This document shows positions 1 through 9,267 of a stretch of 64,000 bases of DNA, piece by piece. The stretch lies in assembly GCA_963838925.1 (NCBI GenBank), contig CAWISW010000001.1:347745-411744 (forward strand), read 5' to 3'. Both the position numbers and the translations under genes were made by a program. Source of the DNA: an uncultured Nitrososphaerota archaeon (GTDB taxonomy: Archaea > Thermoproteota > Nitrososphaeria > Nitrososphaerales > Gagatemarchaeaceae). Under the pieces are notes generated by a model that was not told the origin of the DNA, ran no database searches, and saw only the letters and a program-made list of their open reading frames with translations. Positions within the stretch are counted from its first letter, which is position 1. Each line of letters starts with the position of its first letter.

Positions 1-260
1 ACCGTGGCCAGGCCCATGTCGTGCATGGCTATCGAGGTCGGGATGCCGCCCCTCGACCTGTCGTCCTTCTCCTCCTTGGAGAACGCCCTCCATTCGGGGC
101 CCGTCTCCTCTATCTTTTCCTTTACCACGAACCCGCAGCTGCTGCAAACCAGCTCTCCCCCGGCGTTGTCCACGACCATGGGACCCTTCCCGCACCTGGG
201 GCACTTGTCCAGCGCCTTCTGCAACCTCATCAGCCTCGAGAAATCTCTTTCAGATGACAA
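1..260 (-). CDS. tfb: Transcription initiation factor IIB (TFB), 5' part; runs off the window edge
   Basis: Manual translation of the minus strand: KCPRCGKGPMVVDNAGGELVCSSCGFV (Zn ribbon), then GPEWRAFSKEEKDDRSRGG..HDMGLAT (B-reader). Start at TTG 260 or ATG 230. Confidence 0.92.
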   Translation of the reverse strand, partial: MSSERDFSRLMRLQKALDKCPRCGKGPMVVDNAGGELVCSSCGFVVKEKIEETGPEWRAFSKEEKDDRSRGGIPTSIAMHDMGLAT

Positions 261-374
261 GCAATACACTCCGGTAAGGCGTGAGCCAAACTTGCAAATC
301 TTTTACACCTATTTAGCTTTTGTGGAGAATTAGGCCTTCTGAGGTTCAGGTTTGCATCCGTTTTCTCCTTGGGA

Positions 375-510
375 GAATCGACGGCCAGTGCAGGTTCTGT
401 TAACTCTTCAGCTCAGGCAGTGGGCGAGTCAACTTGCTGGCATCGACTCGGAGGATTAGGGTCTTCCTCGTCCCGTTCCCCGTCACTGCTTCACCTGCCA
501 GCCCTTTCTC
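375..510 (-). ncRNA. Predicted omegaRNA (reRNA) of tnpB copy 1; boundaries approximate
   Basis: 3' region strongly conserved with copy 2. Hairpin CGAGTC..GACTCG at 425-450 whose loop (TGCCAGC in RNA sense) is complementary to GCTGGCA at 496-502 (possible pseudoknot). Conservation ends exactly at the TIR. Confidence 0.6.
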
Positions 511-1714
511 CTCCTCTATCGTGTGCGAGCGACTTTCCTCCTCTCGCCTCTCCGACCGAGGAGAAAGGGAACGGTCGAACCTGGACCGCCCCCTCTCGGA
601 TAGGTTCAGGGCCGCGTTCACGTCCCTGTAAATCCACTCCTTGCACTTCTGGCACCAGAGCATCCTCGCGTGCGCGACATCACCCCTTGCAGGATTGTGG
701 AGCTTCTCCCCACACGCCGAGCACGTCGAGGATGACCCGTAGGTCTCAGACTTTGTCAGCAGAACCACAGTCAGGCCCTTCCATGCTGCCTTGTATTCGA
801 GCATCTTCTTCGCCTTCCGGTGGGGCCACGAGTTGAGCCTGAACCTGTAGCCTGCACCTTGCCCGTTCCCTCTTTGGTACAACCTCCTGATGTCGGTCAG
901 GTCCTCGATAGCAAGCGCAGCCCCTTGCCTCGCCGCGTCATCGACGATATAGTTCGTGGCCGCGTGGAGGATCTGGTCGCTCCTGTGACGGGCCCTACTC
1001 CAGTACTTGCGGGCGAGATTCCTTCGTATCCTGACGTCGTTCCTCTTGAACGATCCGACTATCTCCCTGGTCGTCTGCCTCATCTTGACCAACTTCGTCA
1101 TCTCGACCAAGGTGACGTTTTCTTTATCACCGAACGTGATGTTCTTCTCGTTCCTGTCCAAGCCATAGACTCTTCTTATCTCAACAGGTTCGATGTGCTT
1201 CGAATAGCAGAGCGATAGCGAGTCGGGAGTTATGGTGAGGCTCCTGACCTTCCCCTCTGAGAGCTTCCTGACCGCATATTGATTGAGCTTTATGTCGAAA
1301 TACTTGTCACGTCTCAGCGGGATGAAGAGCCTCCCCTTCATTGTGATGAAGAAACCCGAGATGATACATGAAACCGGTCTCAAAGGCCTGGGATGGGCTG
1401 CTTTGATTCCTCGCTTCTCGCCTTTGTTGCGACTTTGGACGACTGCGCAGGCGCGCGTTATCGACGCGACCTTGTAACAAGAAGGAAACTCGGTGTTCCT
1501 GAGCGTCCGGTAGAATCCCTTCATCCCCTTGCGGTTCTCAATCCCATGTGCTTCGGCGTAGTTGACTGCGTCATAGGTCGCTGTTAGACATTCGTTAAGC
1601 AGACCACGTAGCTGCTCGCTGGAATGCGATTGGGTGACACACTTTGTTGCCCGCAACAATCATCTGGGATGCAATCGTATAAACGCGCCCATGAGCCGAA
1701 GAGTTACCAGAGCC
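393..1714 (-). mobile_element. Non-autonomous tnpB-carrying element with terminal inverted repeats and 8-bp TSD (copy 1)
   Basis: GGTTCTGTTAACTCTTCAGCTCA (393-415) and TGAGCCGAAGAGTTACCAGAGCC (1692-1714) are inverted repeats (20/23). CCAGTGCA is directly repeated at 385-392 and 1715-1722. The only gene inside is tnpB. Confidence 0.9.
400..1659 (-). CDS. tnpB: TnpB/Cas12f-like RNA-guided endonuclease
   Basis: RuvC-I YGLDRNEKN, RuvC-II LAIEDL, Zn finger CSACG..CQKC, RuvC-III RDVNAALN. The stop codon lies inside the right TIR. Confidence 0.9.
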   Translation of the reverse strand: MLRATKCVTQSHSSEQLRGLLNECLTATYDAVNYAEAHGIENRKGMKGFYRTLRNTEFPSCYKVASITRACAVVQSRNKGEKRGIKAAHPRPLRPVSCIISGFFITMKGRLFIPLRRDKYFDIKLNQYAVRKLSEGKVRSLTITPDSLSLCYSKHIEPVEIRRVYGLDRNEKNITFGDKENVTLVEMTKLVKMRQTTREIVGSFKRNDVRIRRNLARKYWSRARHRSDQILHAATNYIVDDAARQGAALAIEDLTDIRRLYQRGNGQGAGYRFRLNSWPHRKAKKMLEYKAAWKGLTVVLLTKSETYGSSSTCSACGEKLHNPARGDVAHARMLWCQKCKEWIYRDVNAALNLSERGRSRFDRSLSPRSERREEESRSHTIEEEKGLAGEAVTGNGTRKTLILRVDASKLTRPLPELKS

Positions 1715-1728
1715 CCAGTGCATCAAGC

Positions 1729-1736
1729 TTTTATAT
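1729..1736 (+). promoter_or_regulatory. TATA box of the membrane protein/wHTH operon
   Basis: TTTTATAT in GC-rich context, ~50 bp upstream of ATG 1787. Confidence 0.55.
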
Positions 1737-1786
1737 CGAGCCCGGCACTTTGTCGCCAGGTCGCGCTCGTGGGCTCAGAGTTGGTC

Positions 1787-2416
1787 ATGTTCGAGAACGC
1801 CCTCCAGTTCATCGGGGCGTTCGTGGCCTTTTCCATCGCCCTCGTCGCATACAAGGGTGTGCGCGAGACGAGCAGCTCCTCGATGCTCAGGCTCGCGGCT
1901 GCCTTCGTCTTCCTCGGGGCCGGGTTCGTCCTCCAGGGGCTGGACAGCGTCGGCGCGTTCGGCAGCATCCCTGGGCTCTCGACCTCCATCGACACGATAA
2001 TGGTCGCCGGCATGTTCCTACAGACGGTGGGCTACTTCTTCTTGGCATTCTCCCACGTCCTGGACGTGGTCGTCTCAAGGCGGCTGGGGCCGCTCCTCGT
2101 GCTCCTCCCGATACTCGCGGTAGGCCAGACCAGCGTGGAGACCGTCCTCCGCAGCCTGTCCTTCTACTTCATACTGTACGGGGTGCTAGAGACGGCGCTC
2201 TCGTATACAAAGTCGAGGAACCCCAACACGCTCTTCATCGCGACCGGGCTGGGCATGCTCGCCGCCGGGTGGTGGGTCTCGCTCGCGGCACCCGACCTCG
2301 TATTGTTAACATTGTTGCAGCTTTTGATGAGAGAAGTTGGACTGATTGCGCTATTCGTCCCAGTCTTGAGATTCTCGTTCAGGAAGCCAGGAGACTTGTT
2401 GAATGCCCCAGTATAG
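1787..2416 (+). CDS. Multi-pass membrane protein (hypothetical, possible sensor)
   Basis: 6-7 hydrophobic segments. ATG 1787 preferred because the upstream part of the ORF overlaps the mobile element end. Confidence 0.7.
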   Translation: MFENALQFIGAFVAFSIALVAYKGVRETSSSSMLRLAAAFVFLGAGFVLQGLDSVGAFGSIPGLSTSIDTIMVAGMFLQTVGYFFLAFSHVLDVVVSRRLGPLLVLLPILAVGQTSVETVLRSLSFYFILYGVLETALSYTKSRNPNTLFIATGLGMLAAGWWVSLAAPDLVLLTLLQLLMREVGLIALFVPVLRFSFRKPGDLLNAPV

Positions 2417-2690
2417 GACCCAGGGCAAGATCATCGCGGACATCCTGGTCACCGCCCGAGACATGAACACCGACGGCCAGGGCGTGGGGATCACCACGCT
2501 GCTCAGGCGCGGGAACGTCTCCTACAGCAGGATGACCAAGCTGATAGTCGACCTTGTGGGAGCGGGCCTCCTTCTCGAGGAGACCATGGAGAAGAACTCA
2601 AAGTATCGCATAAGCGACAAGGGGATGATGTTCCTCCAGGCATACATGCAGTTCGAGGACTTCGCCCAGTCCTACGGATTGAGACTCTAA
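2403..2690 (+). CDS. Winged-HTH transcriptional regulator (archaeal HTH_45-like)
   Basis: YRTQGKIIADIL..ITTLLRRGNVSY..LL..YRISDKG pattern; overlaps the upstream gene. Confidence 0.75.
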   Translation: MPQYRTQGKIIADILVTARDMNTDGQGVGITTLLRRGNVSYSRMTKLIVDLVGAGLLLEETMEKNSKYRISDKGMMFLQAYMQFEDFAQSYGLRL

Positions 2691-2769
2691 GGGCCTCTCT
2701 CGCGGCTTTAGGCTAGCTTTTTTACTGCCTGTAGGTGCTGTCGCGTCCGGAGCGGTCGGCTAGCAAGAA

Positions 2770-3687
2770 ATGATTGGCTTCCTAGGGGCAGGCAGGGTGG
2801 GCGCCCAGGCGGCGCTCGAGGTCGCGTCCGCCGGCATCGACGACGTCACCCTCGTGGACATCCTCCCCGGGCTTGCCGAGGGCGAGGCCATGGACATATC
2901 GCAGAAGATAGCGGAGACCGGCGTCGACGTGGAGGTGAGGGGCTCGACGGACTTCTCCGCGCTCCGCGGTTCCACGGTGGTGGTGATAACCGCCGGGCTG
3001 GCACGCAAACCCGGCATGACCCGGATGGACCTCCTGGAGAAGAACGCGGGGATAGTCTCCGCCGTCGCCAAGGAGGTCGCGAAGCACGCCCCCACGGCGG
3101 TCGCCCTCACGGTGACCAACCCGATGGACGTCATGAACTACGTGGTCCTGAGGAAGACGGGCTTCCCGAAGGGGAGGGTCGTGGGGATGGGCGGGATACT
3201 CGACCTCTCCCGGTTCAAGTCGACCATCTGCGCGATGCTCGACGTCTCGCACTCGTCGATAACCTCGCTGGTGATAGGGGAGCACGGCGAGAGCATGCTC
3301 CCCCTCCCGAGGTTCACCTCGATAGGGGGCGTCCCGCTTTCCATGCTCATGGACGAGACCCAGATCGGGCTGGCCATCGAGACGACCAGGCGCGTCGCGA
3401 TCGACGTGATCTCGAAGAAAGGGGCGACCGTGGACGCGCCGGCGAACGCGGTGGTCAAGATGGTCAAGGCCATCGCTTGGGACCGCAAGGAGGTCATCCC
3501 CGCCTCGGCCTACCTCGAGGGAGAGTACGGGGTCGACGGCCTCTGCATAGGGGTCCCCGTCGTGCTGGGGGCGAGGGGAGTCGAGAGGATACTCCCGCTC
3601 GACCTGAACGAGAGGGAGAAGGCCCAGTTCCATAGGGGCGCCAAGACCATCCGCGAGGGCATAGCCGCGATAGGCGCGGCCCTCTAG
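2770..3687 (+). CDS. mdh: Malate dehydrogenase (LDH-like)
   Basis: GAGRVG, ITAGLARKPGMTRMDLLEKN, TNPMD, GEHGESM. Confidence 0.93.
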   Translation: MIGFLGAGRVGAQAALEVASAGIDDVTLVDILPGLAEGEAMDISQKIAETGVDVEVRGSTDFSALRGSTVVVITAGLARKPGMTRMDLLEKNAGIVSAVAKEVAKHAPTAVALTVTNPMDVMNYVVLRKTGFPKGRVVGMGGILDLSRFKSTICAMLDVSHSSITSLVIGEHGESMLPLPRFTSIGGVPLSMLMDETQIGLAIETTRRVAIDVISKKGATVDAPANAVVKMVKAIAWDRKEVIPASAYLEGEYGVDGLCIGVPVVLGARGVERILPLDLNEREKAQFHRGAKTIREGIAAIGAAL

Positions 3688-3798
3688 CTCCGACCGCAAG
3701 CAAGAACTACGCGGATTGACGAAAACAGCGAGATATGGCTCGCCGTCGCTCATTTCCCCGAATACTTTTATTGCCGGTATGACGGCGTTGGGACGACA

Positions 3799-4977
3799 TT
3801 GCTCATAATAGCACTAGTGAAGGGCGTCCCGGCCAGGCTCACGAAGGTCGTGAGGGTAGACAACATCGTCCAGCGCGACGCGATGGAGATGGTCGTCAAC
3901 CCCAACGACGAGAAGGCCATAGAGGCTGCCGACTTCCTCAAGAGGAAGGTAGGGGGCAAGATAGTCACTCTCAGCATGGGGCCCGACGCCAGGCTCAGGC
4001 CCATCCTCACCCCGCTCTACGGCGCGGAGGCCACGGGGGTGGACGAGGAGATCATACTCAGCGACCCCAAGCTCGCAGGCTCCGACACGGTGGCCACGGC
4101 CTACGCTGTGGGGCATGCAGTCTACAAGATTTACGAGAGGCACGTAGTCCCGTTCGACACCCTGATCAAGCTCCTCACCGATGGAGCCTCCCTCCAGGAG
4201 ATAGAGGCAAAGGCGAGGGAGCTCTACGACCAGAACCTCATCCCCAACAAGGTGTACAACGAGGAGCCGGGTACAAGGACATCGGTGATAGGGCACCTCG
4301 TCAACGGCAACCTCTCGAGGGAAGAGGCCATTCAAAGGCTCAAGACCGAGAGGTCCAACGTAACGAAGTTCGTGATATTCGCAGGGATCAGGACGGCAGA
4401 CGGCGAGACGGGAAGCGTAGGCCCCCAGGTCGCCGAGGTCGTCTCCCAGAAGATGGGGGTGGAGGTACCGCACTCCACATACGTCGAGGAGCTCGACGTC
4501 GACCCCGACACGCTCCGTCTCCACGCCGGCAGGAGGATAGGAAGGTGGATGCAGCGCCTGGAAATCGAGGCCCCCTGCCTGATGACGTTCGCACCAGAGT
4601 ACCAGGCTAAGGAGATAAAGTCGGTAGACTTTGGGAGGGTCATCGAGAACTACTACAAGGGCAAGGTCAAGGAGCAGATGAAGTGGACAGCAGACGCCCT
4701 TGACGCCGACCCGGCCCGCCTAGGCTTCGGCGGCTCCTGCGTCATCGTGGGTCCAGCCATCATTATGGGCGCTCCAGCCTCCCAGAAGACCCTCGACAAG
4801 AGCCTGGTCTTCACCAAGAGCGTCGACAAGACGGCGTGGGAGGGCAAGGAGTACGGCCCGTTCTCAAAAGGCGACGTCGCTGACTCGCTGCCGCAGACTC
4901 TCAAGGACGACCTCTTTGCCAAGGGAGCGCTCGCGACCTACACGCTTCAGATGCTCGGACAGGAGTTGGTGGCATGA
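3799..4977 (+). CDS. fixA: Electron transfer flavoprotein beta subunit (FixA)
   Basis: ALVKGVP, NPNDEKAIEAA, LSMGP, AGSDTVATA, DGETGSVGP. Confidence 0.85.
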   Translation: MLIIALVKGVPARLTKVVRVDNIVQRDAMEMVVNPNDEKAIEAADFLKRKVGGKIVTLSMGPDARLRPILTPLYGAEATGVDEEIILSDPKLAGSDTVATAYAVGHAVYKIYERHVVPFDTLIKLLTDGASLQEIEAKARELYDQNLIPNKVYNEEPGTRTSVIGHLVNGNLSREEAIQRLKTERSNVTKFVIFAGIRTADGETGSVGPQVAEVVSQKMGVEVPHSTYVEELDVDPDTLRLHAGRRIGRWMQRLEIEAPCLMTFAPEYQAKEIKSVDFGRVIENYYKGKVKEQMKWTADALDADPARLGFGGSCVIVGPAIIMGAPASQKTLDKSLVFTKSVDKTAWEGKEYGPFSKGDVADSLPQTLKDDLFAKGALATYTLQMLGQELVA

Positions 4978-6113
4978 GCACCACAGCCCCGGCGGCCACG
5001 ACCTCTGCCAAGGTGACCCTGGCGGACTACAAGGACGTCTGGGTCTTCCTGCAGCGCGACGACGGCCACCTCTCCAACGACTCGCTGGAGCTACTCGCCG
5101 CGGGAAGGAAGGTCGCGGACCAGGCGGGCCAGAAGCTCGTGGGGCTACTGCTCGGGAACCACCTCAGGGGTCTGGCTGAGGAGGCCGTCGACCACGGCGC
5201 CGACGATGTCCTCGTGGTGGACGACCCCGCGCTCCGTACGTACAACACGATGAGGATGATAGACACCCTCGAGGCGATGACGCTGAAGAGGAAGCCCTAT
5301 GCGATAATCTTCCTAGCGACCGAGTTCGGCAGGGAGCTCGCGGCCAGGCTAGCATACAGGGTGAACACAGGAGTCGCGACTGACAACGTGGACTTTGAGG
5401 TCCAGGACTACTTCAACCCGAAGTTCAACGAGATGTTCCCCAAGACCCTTACCCAGGTCAGGCCTGACTTTGGGAGCAGGGTCGCGAAGATCTGGACGCC
5501 ACGCCACAGGCCACAGATAGCGAGCCTGAAGCCAGGGAGCTTCGCACCGCTCCCGCGCAACCCCGCAAGAAGGGCGAGCGCGAAGATCGAAAAGGTGCAG
5601 TTGCCCCGCCCCGGCAAGACCTACCCGCTCACGGTGAAGGAGCTCGTCGAGCTTCCAAAGCCCAATTTCGACCTCGAGCACGCCGACGTTGTCATCGGCC
5701 TCGGGATGGGCATCCTCCGCGGAGCGGACGGCTCTCCGAGGAACCCCATCGACGCCTTCAAGCTCGCCACCGAGCTCAAGGAGCTCATAGAGAGGAAGTG
5801 GGGCCTCAAGACGGAGATAGGGGCTTCGAGGGGGCTGGTCATGGCCAACGTGAAAGCTCTAGAGGGGATAATCACTCGCGACCACGAGCTGGGTCAGACC
5901 GGGACCCTCATCAGTCCGCAGCTCTACATCGCCCTGGGAGTCAGCGGCTCCGCCCCCCACAGGGGAGGGATCAAGGCAAAGAAGATTCTCGCGGTGAATC
6001 CCGACCCCACGGCACCTATCCACCTGGCAGCCCAGTACTCCGTGGTCGCCGACCTCTACGACTTCGTCCCGAAGCTCATCGACACGCTAGAAGCCCTGCC
6101 CGACAAAGCTTGA
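4974..6113 (+). CDS. fixB: Electron transfer flavoprotein alpha subunit (FixB)
   Basis: GRELAARLA, GASR, GQTG..PQLYIALGVSG, AVNPDPTAPI. Confidence 0.88.
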   Translation: MSTTAPAATTSAKVTLADYKDVWVFLQRDDGHLSNDSLELLAAGRKVADQAGQKLVGLLLGNHLRGLAEEAVDHGADDVLVVDDPALRTYNTMRMIDTLEAMTLKRKPYAIIFLATEFGRELAARLAYRVNTGVATDNVDFEVQDYFNPKFNEMFPKTLTQVRPDFGSRVAKIWTPRHRPQIASLKPGSFAPLPRNPARRASAKIEKVQLPRPGKTYPLTVKELVELPKPNFDLEHADVVIGLGMGILRGADGSPRNPIDAFKLATELKELIERKWGLKTEIGASRGLVMANVKALEGIITRDHELGQTGTLISPQLYIALGVSGSAPHRGGIKAKKILAVNPDPTAPIHLAAQYSVVADLYDFVPKLIDTLEALPDKA

Positions 6114-7834
6114 GTGCCACCGGCGCCGAATACGACGCGATCGTGGTAGGGGCCGGACCCGGAGGGTCGGCTGCGGCGCTCACGCTGGCCCGCAAGGGGG
6201 CGAAGGTCCTCCTCATCGAGAAGGCGAAGGTGCCCGGTGAGAACAACGTCTCGGGGGGCGTGCTCTACGGCGACTTCACCAAGGGGTACGGCCTGAAGGA
6301 CCTGGTCCCCGAGTTCGAGTCGGAGGCGCCCCTCGAGCGGAAGGTCCTCTCGCACGAGGTCAACATCCTCTCGGCTCCAGACACGAGGAGCGGGACCTAC
6401 CAGCGCTACCACCTCGACGGGAACTCCTTCCTCGCCAGGCTCGGCTTCTTCACCGTCGAGATCCAGACGGGACACGACTACACGGTGCTCCGGAGCGAGT
6501 TCGACCGATGGTTCGCCGAGAAGGCCGCCGATGCCGGCGCGGTCCTCATGGCGGGGACGACCGTTCGGGGGCTCCTGACCGACGCGCCCGAGAAGAAACC
6601 GGAGGGCGTCGAAGACGAGGGCGAGCACGAGCCCGCGGTCATAGGCGTTAAGACATCAAGGGGCGACATCCGCGCGAAGCTCGTGATCGACTGCTCCGGG
6701 GTGACCTCGAACCTCGTCGAGGAGGCCGGGCTCAGGGGGCAGCTCGGGCCGAGGCAGCTCTACCACTCGATCAAGCACGTCTTCCGCCTCTCGAAGGACG
6801 ACGTGGACAAGAGGTTCAAGCTCAGGGAGGGCGAGGGCCGCGCGATAAACTGTTTCGGCGACTTCATGCAGGGGGTGAGCGGGAGCGCCTTCATCTTCAC
6901 CAACCGCGACACGGTCTCTGTGGGGGTCGTCGCCTCCGTCGACTCGATGGTGCGCGCCTTCACGGAGCACTTCGACGCAGCGGGCACCCTGCGCGACGTG
7001 CTCGACGCCTTCGAGGCGCACCCCTACACCTCGGACCTCCTAAAGGGGGCCGAGCCCCTCGAGTTCTCCTCTCACAACATCCCCCGCGGGCACGTCGCGA
7101 TGCTGAAGAAGCCGTACGCCAGCGGCTACCTCCCGACTGGCGACGCCCTCGGGGCGTTCATCAAGATCGGCCCCCTCTTCGACGGAATGAGGCGCGCCAT
7201 CGCGAGCGGGATCATGGCAGCCGAGGCATACCTCCTCGCGAGCGAGTCGGGCTCCTTCCGCGCGTCCAACCTCTCCCGCTACAAGGACATGCTCGCCCCC
7301 CTCTACGAGGACGTGAACAGGTCTGGGAGGGAGAGCTTCTTCGCCGAGAGCGGGTTCGCCTACGGCACCCTCCCTCGCCTCCTCTTCTCTTCCTCGGTCT
7401 TCTCGAAGAAGGTGAAGTTCGAGGCTGCGACCGAGCCCAGGGCGGTGAAGAGCCCCCCGCCGCCGTCCGATGCTGACGGGCCCTCGGCCCGGATCACGGT
7501 CGACCTCGAGGCCGCTTCCAAGTCTTCTGTCAAGCCATGGGTCCCCATCTGCCCCGTGGGGTGCTTCACGCTGGTCACCCCGAAGGGGACGTTCGTCTCC
7601 TACAAGGACCTCTACGCCTCGAACTACAAGGCGGTCGCCTCCTCCCCCGCGAACCAGAGCGGGCTCGACGTCCTCGCCTACCGGGAGACCGTCAAGGACA
7701 TACTCGAGGGGACCCTGGCCTTCGACGGGAGCTCGTGCGTAGGCTGCGGGACGTGCGCCGAGATAGGCCCGAGGGAGCTGGTGGCGCTCGAGCCCGAGGA
7801 GGAGGGGCGGGGCGCGCGGTACAGCTACGGGTAG
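6110..7834 (+). CDS. fixC: FixC-type ETF:quinone oxidoreductase fused to a C-terminal FixX-like ferredoxin
   Basis: YDAIVVGAGPGGS, N-terminal SGG motif, GDALG; C-terminus PICPVGCF..CVGCGTC. Start TTG 6110 overlaps the fixB stop. Confidence 0.8.
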   Translation: MSATGAEYDAIVVGAGPGGSAAALTLARKGAKVLLIEKAKVPGENNVSGGVLYGDFTKGYGLKDLVPEFESEAPLERKVLSHEVNILSAPDTRSGTYQRYHLDGNSFLARLGFFTVEIQTGHDYTVLRSEFDRWFAEKAADAGAVLMAGTTVRGLLTDAPEKKPEGVEDEGEHEPAVIGVKTSRGDIRAKLVIDCSGVTSNLVEEAGLRGQLGPRQLYHSIKHVFRLSKDDVDKRFKLREGEGRAINCFGDFMQGVSGSAFIFTNRDTVSVGVVASVDSMVRAFTEHFDAAGTLRDVLDAFEAHPYTSDLLKGAEPLEFSSHNIPRGHVAMLKKPYASGYLPTGDALGAFIKIGPLFDGMRRAIASGIMAAEAYLLASESGSFRASNLSRYKDMLAPLYEDVNRSGRESFFAESGFAYGTLPRLLFSSSVFSKKVKFEAATEPRAVKSPPPPSDADGPSARITVDLEAASKSSVKPWVPICPVGCFTLVTPKGTFVSYKDLYASNYKAVASSPANQSGLDVLAYRETVKDILEGTLAFDGSSCVGCGTCAEIGPRELVALEPEEEGRGARYSYG

Positions 7835-7847
7835 ACGCTGCTCGCGC

Positions 7848-9266
7848 CTAGCCGGTGCCGGAGTTGAGCCTCTCGAGCTTGAACGCCGAGTGTATGGCCC
7901 TCACCGTCTCTTTCGCGTCTCTCTCCGCCACGATGAGCGAGATGTTCTGGTTCGAGGAGCCCGACGCGATCATCTTGATGTTTATCCCCCTGGCGGAGAT
8001 CGCCCCGAAGGCCGTGGCCGCCACGCCCTTGGTGGTCCTCAGCGACCCCCCCACTATCGCTACCGCGCTGACGTCGTTCTCCGTGAGTATGTGTCTGTAG
8101 CCGCCCTGACCGAGCAGGGCCAGCTCGAGGGCGTTCACCCCCTTCTCCATCGACGACCTCGCGACAACCATGCTGATGTTCGACTCCGACACGCTCTGGG
8201 AAATCATCAAGACGTTGATGCCGCTTCGGCCCATGACGTCGAATATCCTCGCCGCGCTCCCGGGCTTCCCCACCATGCTCGCGCCCGCCACGGTGATGAT
8301 CGCCACCTCCCTCACAAGCGCCACCGCCTTCACCACGTTCTTCGAGTAGAGCTTGGGGTTCCTCTTCACGACGGTGCCGGGGTCCTTCGGGTGGAAGGTG
8401 TTCCTGAACCTGACGGGGATTCCCTTCTCCGCGACCGGCTCCAGCGTGCGCGGGTGGAGCGCCTTGGCGCCGAAGACCGCCATCTCTCCGGCCTCCTCGT
8501 AGGAGATCTCCCGGAGGACCTTGGCGTTCGGAACGATCCTCGGGTCGGCCGTCATGAGGCCGTCGACGTCGCTCCAGATCCAGACCTCGTCCGCGTCGAT
8601 GGCGGATGCGATTATCGTCCCCGTGAAGTCCGACCCCCCACGGCCGAGGGTGGTCGTGTCCCCGCTCTGGGTGGCCCCGATGTAGCCCGTGATGACCGGG
8701 GTCTTCCCCTCCTCGAGGAGGGGAGCGAGCTTCTCCCTCACCTGGAACTTGGTCACCTCCATGAGGGGCGTGGCGTCGCCGAACCTGTCGTCGGTCATTA
8801 TCCCCGCCTCTCCGCCCGTCATGTAGACGGCGCGCATCCCGCGCTCTATCAGCGCGCCCATGATTATGGGGTTGGAGAGCCTCTCGCCGCACGCGAGGAT
8901 CGCGTCCTTCGACCTGGGGGTCAGCTCCCCGAGCACGGTGCTCCCCCGCGCGAGCTTCTCCAGCTGGCTGAGCGTGACGTTGAGCACCCCGAGCACCTGG
9001 CGCCTCACCGCCTTGTCGCTCACCGTCGCGCTGAGCGCGGCGAGGTGGCTCTTCCTTATCGAGGCGAGCCTCTCCTCAACAGGCTTCTCCAGCCCCTTCG
9101 AGGCGTCGGAGCAGAGCGCGAGGAGCTGGTCTGTGACGTCCCCCATCGCCGAGCAGACGACGACGACGCTGTGGCCCTTCCCGCTGTCCTTGACCCTCTC
9201 CGCGACGTTCTTTATGCGCTCGGCCGACGCGACGGAGCTCCCGCCGAACTTCATGATTATCTTCAT
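7848..9266 (-). CDS. lysC: Aspartate kinase
   Basis: MKFGGSSV, TTLGRGGSD, WSDVDG..ADPR, two ACT domains. Confidence 0.95.
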   Translation of the reverse strand: MKIIMKFGGSSVASAERIKNVAERVKDSGKGHSVVVVCSAMGDVTDQLLALCSDASKGLEKPVEERLASIRKSHLAALSATVSDKAVRRQVLGVLNVTLSQLEKLARGSTVLGELTPRSKDAILACGERLSNPIIMGALIERGMRAVYMTGGEAGIMTDDRFGDATPLMEVTKFQVREKLAPLLEEGKTPVITGYIGATQSGDTTTLGRGGSDFTGTIIASAIDADEVWIWSDVDGLMTADPRIVPNAKVLREISYEEAGEMAVFGAKALHPRTLEPVAEKGIPVRFRNTFHPKDPGTVVKRNPKLYSKNVVKAVALVREVAIITVAGASMVGKPGSAARIFDVMGRSGINVLMISQSVSESNISMVVARSSMEKGVNALELALLGQGGYRHILTENDVSAVAIVGGSLRTTKGVAATAFGAISARGINIKMIASGSSNQNISLIVAERDAKETVRAIHSAFKLERLNSGTG

Positions 9267-9267
9267 C

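Noticed and set aside
1634-1786. N-terminal extensions of the 1634, 13769 and 14936 ORFs
   Set aside because: They run through transposon ends and promoters. The true starts are downstream (1787, 13568, 15041).
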